Source: an uncultured archaeon
Lineage (GTDB): Archaea; Thermoproteota; Nitrososphaeria; Nitrososphaerales; Gagatemarchaeaceae
Direction of reading: 5' to 3'
Length of the DNA stretch: 64,000 nucleotides
NCBI GenBank assembly: GCA_963817525.1
Contig: CAWFOU010000007.1
Span: 992,001-1,056,000, forward strand
In this document: one piece after another, positions 19,593 to 28,955 of the stretch
Numbering within the stretch: the first letter of the stretch is position 1
Layout of the letters: every line of letters starts with the position of its first letter
The notes under the pieces: generated by a model
Told to the model about the DNA's origin: nothing
Databases searched by the model: none
What the model saw: the letters and a program-made list of their open reading frames with translations, nothing else
Translations under genes and position numbers: made by a program

Positions 19593-20027
19593 TTGGTGAG
19601 AAAGTATACAGCAGGGAGCTCGGGAGAGGCTCTGGCCCTGGAAGCAGAAAACGTCTTCAAGATAGCGGCGACCCATTCCAGAGTTCGCGAGTTCCTGACA
19701 AGCAACGGGTGGGAGTTCCAAGGAAAGGACGAGGACACGGAGATGGACTCGTTCAGAAAAAAGGGAACCAGGAAAGATCTGTTCGTCGAAGACATTTCGG
19801 ATGACTTTCCGGTGACCTTTCTTATGGGCGCCCTCAGCTTGGCGGAGTTCAGTGACATCGCTAGTGAATTGACGGCAGAGATCAAGCTACTCGAGGTCGA
19901 CAGTAGTTGGGAAGGGAGAGCGACGACCATCGTGGTCGCGATGACAGAAGGGCAGGTTAGGAGAATGTTCGGCGCAAGAACAAAGATGAGAAAGCTTGCG
20001 GTTCGCCGAACAGCACCACAGATTTGA
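19593..20027 (+). CDS. Hypothetical protein
   Basis: 144-aa ORF with protein-like composition; no motif recognised. Confidence 0.45.
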   Translation: MVRKYTAGSSGEALALEAENVFKIAATHSRVREFLTSNGWEFQGKDEDTEMDSFRKKGTRKDLFVEDISDDFPVTFLMGALSLAEFSDIASELTAEIKLLEVDSSWEGRATTIVVAMTEGQVRRMFGARTKMRKLAVRRTAPQI

Positions 20028-20154
20028 ACCAGGTGCCCAGATTCCCGGGGACCACGTCCTCTACTCTCTCCCAGCCTTGTGCCGTCTGGCCGCACACGCC
20101 GACTAGGACGAATGTTTCATCGCGTTAATACATCGCCTAGTGCCTGCTGGGCAT

Positions 20155-20541
20155 ATGGCAAGCTCAGTGCTGCGAGAGATATTCGGAGGCCCCGAGTACA
20201 TCGGGCCCGTCTCAGGGGTCAAGCAGGAGTACCACGTCTTCAGGACACCACGGGGGGACTACGCGGTCATGAGCAAGAGCAACCGGAGCACAACGTCGTT
20301 CCACATGACCTTCGTACCAGAGGTGAGGGTCGAGTCGCTTAGGACTGCCATCCCGAAGAAGGGGACGACCTCGACCATGCTCTTGAGAGACAAAAAGATC
20401 ATCGAGATGTTCGGGGTCGATGACAAGAACGCGCTCTACTTCGAAGTGCTAACGACCTTGTACGTCCTTGCCTCGCTGGGCGCGGTCGCGATCACCAAGT
20501 CCGGCAGGAGTCTAGTCTTCACTCCCAGAGAAGGGGCTTAA
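20155..20541 (+). CDS. Hypothetical protein (possible C-terminal winged helix)
   Basis: ATG 20155; host-like codon bias; LYVLASLGAVAITKSGRSLVF. Confidence 0.6.
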   Translation: MASSVLREIFGGPEYIGPVSGVKQEYHVFRTPRGDYAVMSKSNRSTTSFHMTFVPEVRVESLRTAIPKKGTTSTMLLRDKKIIEMFGVDDKNALYFEVLTTLYVLASLGAVAITKSGRSLVFTPREGA

Positions 20542-20633
20542 CTAGGTCAAAGACACTCATCCATGGCCTAAAATCCCGGCGACTGCGTACCCCTTGTAGT
20601 TCAGAACAGCCGCGCGCCAGACTTGGGTTCTTC

Positions 20634-22076
20634 TCAGAGTGTCCGTCCGCTCGGGACATGACCGTGCGGCAAAGTCCGCCTGCGGATGAGAAGGTACGAC
20701 GCGACGAGCAGTGCTGTGAACGCCGCCGCTAGTGCTAGCTGATATGGGAATACTGGGACACCCCCGCCACTCTTGCTCGAAGTGGTTGCCGTGACTGACG
20801 TGGTCGGGCCGCCGATTGATGTCGTGATGACGCTGGTGCTAGTGGTCGTGCTAGTGCTAGAGCTAGTGACAATGGTGGTGCTGGATGTCGTGGTCGAACT
20901 GCTGGCCGACGTCGTCGACGACGAGCCTTGGTATGTCAACGGGTTGGCGTACTCGAGCACCCTGGCGTAGCCAGGATCCGAGACCCACAGGTTCCCGGAG
21001 GAGTCGAATGCAAGTCCCTCTGGGTATCCCAGCTGCGTTTGCGTGGCGTTCGGTCCTCCGAAGAAGTACGAGTACTGCCCGATAAGGCGGCTCGCGTTCT
21101 CCCCGGTCGAGAGCGGAGTCGCAAACTCGAGGACTCGGCTGTTCCCGGAGTCCGAGACCCAAAGGTCACCGGAGTGGTCGAACGCGATAGCCTCGGGCAG
21201 GGTCACCGTCGACTGTGTATCGTTCCCGCCGTACGAGGTAAAGTCCGGTGCGCCTATGACCAGGCTCGCCGCCTCGCCGTCTGAGAAGGGATGCGCGAAC
21301 TCCATGATCCTGCTGTTGTCGGTGTCAGCTACCCACAGGTTCCCTGACTGGTCGAATGCCATGTCCTCCGGGCCCGACATATTCGCGTTCGCGAGATTGT
21401 CCGAGGTGCCGGTCAGGCTGGACTGCCCCAAGACCAGGCTCGCTGGCTCCCCCGTCGAGAGCGGCGCCTTGAACTCAACTACGCGGTTATCTGACTGGTC
21501 GGCCACCCAGAGGTTGCCCGAGGAGTCGAAGGCAATCCCGCCCACCTCGCCCAGGTTGCTCGCGTTCACCGTCCCCGCCGACGGTTCTCCGATGATCGTG
21601 CTTACATTCTCCCCAATGGTCAGCGGCGCCTTAAACTCGACGATGCTATCATTCTGGCTGTCCGCGACCCAGAGGTTTCCGCTGGGGTCGAAAGCGATGC
21701 CATTGGGACTGCAGACGTAATCCAGGCCTGTATTGTCGCAACCATTCGCCGCAAAGCTGGGTGACCCGACTTCGACGCTCGCGCTCTCGTTGAAAGTGAA
21801 AGGCGGCTTGTACTCGACCACGTAACTGTTGCCGTAGTCCGACACCCAGAGGTCACCGGACTTGTCGAACGCGGCGAACTCCGGCTGGCTGAGACCGTTG
21901 GGCCCCGGTGCCGCGGCCGAGGAGTAGAAGTTGGGCTGGCCCAGAACGAGCGACGCAGGCTCGGGCGTTATCGTGGGGGGCTCTTGCGCGCGGGCGGAAC
22001 CGAGCGAATTCAAGCCCAGCAAAAGCAAGACCGACAGCGCAGAGAGGGCTGCGCTGCGAGTCGCGACTTTCAACAA
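20634..22076 (-). CDS. NHL-repeat beta-propeller surface protein with C-terminal sorting signal
   Basis: Six AFDxSG(N/D)LWV(A/S)D repeats, signal peptide, S/T linker, GGGVPVFPYQ + TM + RRR. Confidence 0.9.
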   Translation of the reverse strand: MLKVATRSAALSALSVLLLLGLNSLGSARAQEPPTITPEPASLVLGQPNFYSSAAAPGPNGLSQPEFAAFDKSGDLWVSDYGNSYVVEYKPPFTFNESASVEVGSPSFAANGCDNTGLDYVCSPNGIAFDPSGNLWVADSQNDSIVEFKAPLTIGENVSTIIGEPSAGTVNASNLGEVGGIAFDSSGNLWVADQSDNRVVEFKAPLSTGEPASLVLGQSSLTGTSDNLANANMSGPEDMAFDQSGNLWVADTDNSRIMEFAHPFSDGEAASLVIGAPDFTSYGGNDTQSTVTLPEAIAFDHSGDLWVSDSGNSRVLEFATPLSTGENASRLIGQYSYFFGGPNATQTQLGYPEGLAFDSSGNLWVSDPGYARVLEYANPLTYQGSSSTTSASSSTTTSSTTIVTSSSTSTTTSTSVITTSIGGPTTSVTATTSSKSGGGVPVFPYQLALAAAFTALLVASYLLIRRRTLPHGHVPSGRTL

Positions 22077-22116
22077 GCCTCAATTCTCAGTCGTGATATT
22101 TAACCCTGAGACGTAC

Positions 22117-23073
22117 TCAGCCAAGCGAAGGACGCGCCGGAGATGGCGCCGTCCCGTCGGCGGCGAGAGATGACCTCGGGACTGTCCGTGAGTAAGCGAG
22201 GAGGACTGCGAGGTAGAAGGCGAAGAACATGGCGTACCCGAGCCAGTCGTGTATGCTCCAGAAGGCCGCCGAGCCGTCGACGAACCCGAACCATATCATG
22301 AGCGCTATCCTCACCGAGTCGAGGACGGGGATCACTGCCAATCCGACGACCGCGAACTTGAGCGTGGTGGCAAGGGGCGAACCCATGTCCAAGTACATCA
22401 GGCCAAGCAGGGCCAGATAGATGCTGATGGAGTAGACGGCAGAGCAGACGGGCGTCACCACGGCGCTTATCGGCTCGCCCGACGAAGAGATGAACCCGAA
22501 TGAGACGCCCTGCCAAGCGACGTGCAAACCTAGGGCGCTCGTCATGCCCTCGGCCAGAGAGCTGGAGAACGAGGCCATCGGAGCGCCTAGGGTATCGAGC
22601 ATGAAGAGCGGAGACACCAGCCCGAGCGCGTAGAGGGAAGCATAGGGCAACATTATCCTCCACATCGTCGGATTGATGGCCAGTAAGCTCCCATAAGCGA
22701 CAAGCACCAGAGAGCACGCGGACAACTCCATGCCCAGATACTCGGAGGGTCCCCCCTGGCCGAAGACCAGGACCCAGACGATCGCTGGGAGAAGGACGAG
22801 TGCCACTCCGGCCAGCCTCACCGGAAGCATGGACGTCAGCCCATGCTCCTTGAGCAGTATCCTGTGGAAGTCCGGCCATCGCAGTGCGGTGAGCAGGACA
22901 AGGAGAGCGAGGAAGGGGTACGCCGGAAACACGGTGCCCAGGGTCTCCGTCAGCAGCTCGTCGAGCCCCGAAATGAGGATGAATAGCTGATTCGAGTATA
23001 GCGTCAGCACTAGAGCGGCCGTCGCTGCGACCCATACCGTCAGCCTGGCGTGGCCCCGGTCCAAGCTGATCAT
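22117..23073 (-). CDS. Exosortase/archaeosortase family protein
   Basis: Multi-TM protein with Cys-Arg-His triad: VTPVCSA, DSVRI, IHDWLGY. Confidence 0.82.
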   Translation of the reverse strand: MISLDRGHARLTVWVAATAALVLTLYSNQLFILISGLDELLTETLGTVFPAYPFLALLVLLTALRWPDFHRILLKEHGLTSMLPVRLAGVALVLLPAIVWVLVFGQGGPSEYLGMELSACSLVLVAYGSLLAINPTMWRIMLPYASLYALGLVSPLFMLDTLGAPMASFSSSLAEGMTSALGLHVAWQGVSFGFISSSGEPISAVVTPVCSAVYSISIYLALLGLMYLDMGSPLATTLKFAVVGLAVIPVLDSVRIALMIWFGFVDGSAAFWSIHDWLGYAMFFAFYLAVLLAYSRTVPRSSLAADGTAPSPARPSLG

Positions 23074-23250
23074 GGCTCAACCTCGGACCGGCACACAGGG
23101 AACACGTAACTCACGATTCGACAGTAATCTGAGACCCTGGCCGGAGAAAAGCGTTGCGACAGGGGGCCGACCAGTCCTCGCCCGGGCCAGAGCCCTCGCC
23201 GCGCGGATGGTTGCGCAAGCCTCGGCGAAACGCCGGACGCGATCAGCGTT

Positions 23251-23451
23251 TCAGCGACTGAGTCTGACCGGAGGCCGAGGGACTTGAGGGGTCCTCCCTG
23301 CTCTTGCCTCTTGCAAGAAGCAGGCGAGGCATAGGTAACCGCCGACACCCTCAACGGTAACGAAGGGTCTTCCCGGATTTCCGCAGGCGCATCGTCCGTG
23401 CCGCTCTTCCCCCTGGGATAGCGCAATCGTCTTCTTGGAGTCCGGGCTCAA
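23251..23451 (-). CDS. Small Cys-containing hypothetical protein
   Basis: CAC...CLAC; AT-rich TATA region near 23520-23535 upstream. Confidence 0.35.
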   Translation of the reverse strand: MSPDSKKTIALSQGEERHGRCACGNPGRPFVTVEGVGGYLCLACFLQEARAGRTPQVPRPPVRLSR

Positions 23452-23639
23452 AGCTCATCCCTTCCGGGGCCGGACGTCTCTTGCATACCCGGTGTATAGT
23501 CGGCGTCGGACTTAAGTCTTAATTATATATAATTATCAAAATACTAATCGTGGCCTTGAAATCAGCAAGGTCTGCTCTCGCGGCATTGCCCGCCACTCCG
23601 AAGAAGTGCCTTTCCAAAAACGACGTCACCTAGCGCGTC

Positions 23640-25493
23640 TCATCGCCTGCGCTGATGGTGATGTTTCCTCGGGGAATTGATCGCGACGATGTCGAAGAGT
23701 ATCCGCCTGAAGTTCATGGTCAGAGTCCTCGCGTAGAACTGGCCCTCTATCACCATGTCGTGGAGGTTGTGCTCCCTCTTCTCGTGCTCCTCGAACCTCT
23801 CGAAGGAAAGGCAGTCCTCCAGGTAGGGCCTGAGCTTGTAGACGTCTGGGTTCGCCACGACCTCCGCTGGGATGGGCTCCCTCCCTGTGGAGAGGAGCAG
23901 GTCGTCGAGCGCCTCCCTGGCGGCGGTGAAGCTCTTCCAGGCCTCCTCGACGAAGCTCAGGTAGATCCCGTGCCCGATGAGCCTCGAGATGAAGGTCCCC
24001 TCCTTGTCCTCCGAGTACCTCTTGAGGAGCAGCGCCTTGATGTTGAGCTCGCTCGACTTGTCGAAGCCGTAGAGGAAGTTGCGCGCGAGCCCCTCGAGGT
24101 CAGTCTTCCACGCGTGGTTGAGCGAGTCGCCGAAGGCCCCGCTCGCGAGGAGGAACCTCGCCATGTCATAGTCTCCCGAGATGAGCGCGCTCGAGATCAT
24201 GTGGGCAAAGTCTGGGTCGTAGGGGATCTCCGTCATCAGGACTCCCTTCTCGGTTATCTCGTGCGAGTGCTGCTCTATCGCCCCTATCTTGATGAGCCAG
24301 TCCTCCGCGAAAGCCACCTCCTTGTGGTTGACCTTCGACATGAACTCCAGGTCCGAGAGCTTTAGGCCGTACTTTGACATGAGGAGGACGATGTCGAAAG
24401 GCGTCTCGGTCTCGAGCGCCTTGCGCACGGGCACCGGGGTGATCTTCTTCGGGATGGGGGTGTCGGAGATGACCACCGCCCGCCCGGGCTTGAAACGGCC
24501 GATCCTCCCTATCATCTGGAGGAGCGAGTTGTTGTCTATCTTCTTGTAGTGCAGGGTCTTCTGGCCCTCCTTCTCCTTCCCGTCTATCACCTCGTTGAAT
24601 ATCAGGACGTTGTCGACGTAGATGTTGACGGAGGAGGCGATGACGTTGGTCGCGAATATCCTGAGGTTCTTGTCCATCTCCGCCCTCGCCTGGATCTTGT
24701 TGATTTCCGAGCCCTCCAGCCCGCCGTGGATGTAGACGCCGCCGTAGCTCGAGGCGTACTTCTCGACCAGGCGCCTCGTGGGGAGGAAGACCAGCCACGA
24801 CTCGTCGTGGGGCTGGGTGTAGAGGTAGCCAGCGAGGCGCTTGAACATGTCGTCCACGTCCCTCGCCTGCTCCACCTCTATCTTCACGGGGAACCTGCGC
24901 CCGGTGAGCGAGTAGAGCTTGGAGATGCCGAGGAAGTAGAGGAACTCGTGGGGGTCTATCGTCGCGCTCATCACCCTGAAGAGGTTACCCGCCTTCGCCT
25001 CCTCCTTCTTGGCGAGCGAGAGGCAGAGCTCGAGCTGGGAGGACATCTGGTGGCTCTCGTCGAAGTAGATGGACGAGTCGACGACCGAGTTCTCCGCGAG
25101 CATCCTGAGCAGGACGCCGTCGGTGACTATCTCGATCTTCCCTCCCACGTTGATCTTGGTGTCCTTCGTGATGACCGCGAGCTCGTGCTTCACCTCGGGG
25201 TGGAGGGCCTCCAGCGAATAGTAGAGGGCGCTGCACGAAGCCCTCGACGGCTCGCGGATGATTATCCTCCGGCTCCTCCCCGTGAGCTCGAACTCGTGAA
25301 TCGGGGTCACCGTGCTCTTCCCCGTCCCGACGTCCCCGATGATCACAAAGTGGTCGGAGAAGTCTATCTTGTCGAGTATGTTGAATATCGGGAGGTCGGG
25401 CCTCTTCTTCTGCGCGGCCGTGTTCGGCGGAGGGGTGACGACCTCAAGCTGGGCGGGCTCGGCCGAGTCGTCGACGTCAGAATCCAGAGCCAT
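23640..25493 (-). CDS. DEAH-box (HrpA/HrpB-like) SF2 helicase
   Basis: GDVGTGKST, TDGVLLR, DESH, MSAT, FLPT, ATNVIASSVNI, QMIGRIGR, HA2-like ITEKGVLMTEIPYDP. Confidence 0.88.
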   Translation of the reverse strand: MALDSDVDDSAEPAQLEVVTPPPNTAAQKKRPDLPIFNILDKIDFSDHFVIIGDVGTGKSTVTPIHEFELTGRSRRIIIREPSRASCSALYYSLEALHPEVKHELAVITKDTKINVGGKIEIVTDGVLLRMLAENSVVDSSIYFDESHQMSSQLELCLSLAKKEEAKAGNLFRVMSATIDPHEFLYFLGISKLYSLTGRRFPVKIEVEQARDVDDMFKRLAGYLYTQPHDESWLVFLPTRRLVEKYASSYGGVYIHGGLEGSEINKIQARAEMDKNLRIFATNVIASSVNIYVDNVLIFNEVIDGKEKEGQKTLHYKKIDNNSLLQMIGRIGRFKPGRAVVISDTPIPKKITPVPVRKALETETPFDIVLLMSKYGLKLSDLEFMSKVNHKEVAFAEDWLIKIGAIEQHSHEITEKGVLMTEIPYDPDFAHMISSALISGDYDMARFLLASGAFGDSLNHAWKTDLEGLARNFLYGFDKSSELNIKALLLKRYSEDKEGTFISRLIGHGIYLSFVEEAWKSFTAAREALDDLLLSTGREPIPAEVVANPDVYKLRPYLEDCLSFERFEEHEKREHNLHDMVIEGQFYARTLTMNFRRILFDIVAINSPRKHHHQRRR

Positions 25494-25631
25494 AGCCTAG
25501 CCTCGATTGCGAGCCGTCGGCGGGGAGAGATAAACAAGTCGTAGCCGACGTTGACCTCGTCGGGAGCGAGTCCCGACCGCGAGCATTGTCCGCGAACCAT
25601 TAAATCCTCAAGATACCCTCGCGACGTCGAT

Positions 25632-27227
25632 ATGCAAGCACGCGGTCCCGAAGGGGCGGAAGCCCGCGAACCCCTCCTATACCTGGGGACGGACGGCTCG
25701 GCGCCCTTCGAGGTCAACGCCAACGTCATCGCCACGGGGAGGACGTGCGTCATAGGCGCGAGCGGGAGCGGCAAGAGCTACGCGGTGGGGGTGATCTGCG
25801 AGGAGCTGTGCAAGTGCCAGGTGCCCTTCGCCATCGTGGACACGGAGGGCGAGCACGCGGGCCTCAAGGAGAAGTACGAGCTCGTCCTCGTGGGGGACGA
25901 CCCGACGTGCGACCTCCAGTGGTCCTCCACGGACCTGGGGCAGCTCGCCAGCCAGGCGCCCGACATCGCTCCCCTCATCCTAGACGTCTCCGAGACCGAG
26001 GCGCCGAAGGAGAAGGTGGGGGAGCTGATGTCAAAGATCTACGCGGAGGTCGAGAAGCGACGGACGCCCTACCTCATCATAGTGGAGGAGGCCGACAGGT
26101 TCATCCCACAGAACGGCGAGAGGGTCGCCATCTTCGGAGAGATAGCCAGGCGGGGGAGGAAGCGCGGCCTGGGCCTGATGGTCTGCACCCAGAGGCCTTC
26201 CCTGGTCGACAAGAACATCCTGAGCCAGTGCGGGAACCAGCTCATCGGGAAGCTGGTCATCAAGAACGACCTTCAGGCCGTGGCGCAGTTCTTCTCCGGG
26301 CACGACCTCCCGAAGCACCTGACCGCGCTCGAGGCGGGGAGGTTCTTCGCCATGGGCGGCCTCTCCCCCACGCCCAAGCTGGTCGCCATCAGGAGGAAGG
26401 ACACGCAATACCGCGGGAACACGCCCAAGCTGGGGACCCGGGTCGTCAAGCCCTTCAGTCCGCTGCTCACGGCGGCGCTCAGCCGCAGCGTAAAGGCCGG
26501 CAAGGCGGAGAAGATGGCGCTGGTCGGCATCAACCCCACCTTCTCCGCGGAGGACGTCCCGACAATAGTCAAGCGCGACAAGAGCTTCATCTTCTTCGGG
26601 AAGGAGGAGGTGGTGGCGAGCGCCGAGCTCGTCCTCCGACCGATGGTCGAGGTCGGAGTCGCCTTGAAGGCTGGGGTGATCAAGAAGAGGATCGAGCTGA
26701 GGTATCTCATCCTCGACGGGCAGACGGGAAAGTCGGTCGAGTTAGGGGAGGTCCCGATCATGTACGAGGGGCTCGAGCGGCTGATGGGGCTCGACCCCGA
26801 GGAGATCGAGGTCCTCCGGACCACCAGGCTGGACAAGGACATGAGCCTGCTGGAGGTCGCGAACAAGGTCGGGGTCTCCAGGGAGATGCTGAGGAGGCCG
26901 CTGAAGGTGTTGGAGGAGAAGAGGCTGATAAGGTCCTTCCAGGTCTCAAAGTCAAAGGTCTTCCGCCGCATCTTCACCTTCCCCGAGTTCCCCTGGCACG
27001 AGTCCGAGCGGCCGCTGGAGGCCGTGGAGGGCCCCAAGGCCAAGGTGGAGGAGTACAAGCTGGACGAGAACAAGGTCCGCGAGGTCATCAAGGGGCTCGT
27101 CCCCTACTCCGACGTCCAGACCTTCAAGAGGTTCGTCTACCCACTCTACCGCGTTGAGCTCATCATGAAGAGGAGGAAGAGGATAGTCTGGCTCGACGGG
27201 ACGACGGGCAGGGAGGTCCACCAGTAG
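25632..27227 (+). CDS. HerA/DUF87-like ATPase with C-terminal winged-helix region
   Basis: GASGSGKS, IVDTEGEH, IIVEEADRF, RRGRKRG, TQRPS; HTH-like SLLEVANKVGVSREMLRRPLKVLEEKRLI. Confidence 0.85.
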   Translation: MQARGPEGAEAREPLLYLGTDGSAPFEVNANVIATGRTCVIGASGSGKSYAVGVICEELCKCQVPFAIVDTEGEHAGLKEKYELVLVGDDPTCDLQWSSTDLGQLASQAPDIAPLILDVSETEAPKEKVGELMSKIYAEVEKRRTPYLIIVEEADRFIPQNGERVAIFGEIARRGRKRGLGLMVCTQRPSLVDKNILSQCGNQLIGKLVIKNDLQAVAQFFSGHDLPKHLTALEAGRFFAMGGLSPTPKLVAIRRKDTQYRGNTPKLGTRVVKPFSPLLTAALSRSVKAGKAEKMALVGINPTFSAEDVPTIVKRDKSFIFFGKEEVVASAELVLRPMVEVGVALKAGVIKKRIELRYLILDGQTGKSVELGEVPIMYEGLERLMGLDPEEIEVLRTTRLDKDMSLLEVANKVGVSREMLRRPLKVLEEKRLIRSFQVSKSKVFRRIFTFPEFPWHESERPLEAVEGPKAKVEEYKLDENKVREVIKGLVPYSDVQTFKRFVYPLYRVELIMKRRKRIVWLDGTTGREVHQ

Positions 27228-27317
27228 CCGGGCCGCGAGCGCGGCCCGCGCTCGTTCGAGTCATCCTAACGATAAGCATAAACCAACCAGCCGCCGCTCA
27301 TTCACTGGTAAGATGGT

Positions 27318-28925
27318 TTGGTAGACCAGCGCCAGGCCGACGGACGAAATTGGGAGCACCCGTACTTCGACAACTTCAACAGCGCCTTCAACCCGCAGAC
27401 CACGATCAACCGCGACAACGTGCGCAGCCTGCGGTTGAAGTGGACGTGCGAGCTCACGCCGGGGAGCTTTTCCAAGGCAGGAACCGGGTCCAAGTCCCCG
27501 AGCCCTAAGCGGCGCTCGAGAGTCCAGACGATACCTCTTGTCATCGACGGGAAGATCTTCGTGGCCGACGGGAACAACGTGGTGTACTCAATCGACGCAG
27601 GGACCGGCTCCCCAAGGTGGTCGTTCGCCGCCCCGCTGGATGGAGACATGGAGTTCGGCCTCCTCCACACCCTGAACTATCACAAGGGCCTCGTCTACCT
27701 CGTCTTGTCGAACTGCGTCCTCTACGGACTCGACGCGGACAGCGGCGCGGTCGGCTTTCAGATGGGCGGGATATTTCCAGACGGCGCGAAGGGCTACTCG
27801 GGGAGGACCGCTCCCAGCTTCTTCCACGACACCGGGATAACGGGGGCAGCGACGCCATACGAGGTCACGGCGAGGGGTTGCGTGGCGTCTTGTGACCTTT
27901 CGTCCAAGAAGGTGAGATGGAGGTGGTTCTCTGTGCCTCCTGCGGTCAAGGGGCCCAAGAACTGGGACAAGGACGCTTCCAAGGGAAACATCAAGGCCTA
28001 TCCCGGCGACTGGGGCAAGACCGAGTTCTCTGGGAGGGGGAGCGTCTGGACGCAACCCGTCGTCGACGAAGAGGCGGAGAGGGTCTACTTCGGAACGGGC
28101 GACCCTGACCTCTTCCTCCTCAAGGGATCCCTTGTGCCCGGGCCGCTCCTCTACACCGACTGCCTGGTCGCGCTCAACCCGAACACGGGGAAGATGCTCT
28201 GGTATTACCAGTCCACCCCCCACGACGTGGTTAGCTGGGACTTTGGCTGGAACACCATCCTCGCAGAGGCCGAGGTCGACGGGAAGAAGAGGAAGGTCGC
28301 CATCGGGGGCACCAAGGGCAACCACGTCTACGTGCTCGACGCGGAGACGGGCAAGCCCATCTACTCGCCCGTGAGGGTCGGGCACAACACAACGCCCCTC
28401 AACGTCAACCTGGGCAACGAGGCAGACATGCTTAGATCCCTCGAGCCCGGAGTCTACTGCCCGGGGCACGGCGGGGGGATCAACGCCGGCCTTGCCTTCG
28501 CGTACAACCACATCTACGTGTCATCCCAGAGGATGGAGCAGCGCGCCGAGTGGCATCAGGGGAAATACCGCGGCAAGCCGATGAAGATAATGAAGCTCAC
28601 CAACACCGACTCTCCGCAGCACTCCACGATATCGGCGATAGATGCGGGACGGGGGGAGGTCAGGTGGAGCTTCTTCATCCCGAACATCCACCAGAGCGCC
28701 GGCCTCGTGGTCAGTGGCGGTGTGCTGTACGCGGTGGACCGCAAGGGGGTCTTCTACATGCTGGACGCCTTGAACGGGGGGCTGATTCGCATGGAGCAGC
28801 TCGACGGCGCCGGGAGCGCGGGAGTCTCGATAGCGGCCTCGGAGGGAGGGGAGATGCGCGTGTTCGTCCCCCTCACGGGGGCCGAGGGGTCGCCCAACAA
28901 GCTCCTCTGTTTCGGGCTGTCTTAG
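27318..28925 (+). CDS. PQQ-dependent dehydrogenase-like beta-propeller, paralog 1
   Basis: INRDNV..L.LKW, QTIPLV.DG, DA.TG..RW repeats, GSVW, YFGTGDP, WYYQSTPHD. Confidence 0.85.
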   Translation: MVDQRQADGRNWEHPYFDNFNSAFNPQTTINRDNVRSLRLKWTCELTPGSFSKAGTGSKSPSPKRRSRVQTIPLVIDGKIFVADGNNVVYSIDAGTGSPRWSFAAPLDGDMEFGLLHTLNYHKGLVYLVLSNCVLYGLDADSGAVGFQMGGIFPDGAKGYSGRTAPSFFHDTGITGAATPYEVTARGCVASCDLSSKKVRWRWFSVPPAVKGPKNWDKDASKGNIKAYPGDWGKTEFSGRGSVWTQPVVDEEAERVYFGTGDPDLFLLKGSLVPGPLLYTDCLVALNPNTGKMLWYYQSTPHDVVSWDFGWNTILAEAEVDGKKRKVAIGGTKGNHVYVLDAETGKPIYSPVRVGHNTTPLNVNLGNEADMLRSLEPGVYCPGHGGGINAGLAFAYNHIYVSSQRMEQRAEWHQGKYRGKPMKIMKLTNTDSPQHSTISAIDAGRGEVRWSFFIPNIHQSAGLVVSGGVLYAVDRKGVFYMLDALNGGLIRMEQLDGAGSAGVSIAASEGGEMRVFVPLTGAEGSPNKLLCFGLS

Positions 28926-28955
28926 CATGACCTGTCTCCGGACTCGGTCGTCCGA

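Larger units (their letters stand above)
14842..20591. mobile_element. Integrase-less island at tRNA-Gly
   Basis: tRNA 3' end AAATCCCGGCGACCGCATACC (14842-14862) recurs as AAATCCCGGCGACTGCGTACC (20571-20591), 19/21 identical. Confidence 0.7.

Noticed and set aside
25745-27157. 470-aa alternate-frame ORF and similar long Arg/Gly/Pro-rich ORFs (29920..31197, 30645..31751, 43518..44531)
   Set aside because: Shadow frames of GC3-rich genes with clear motifs.
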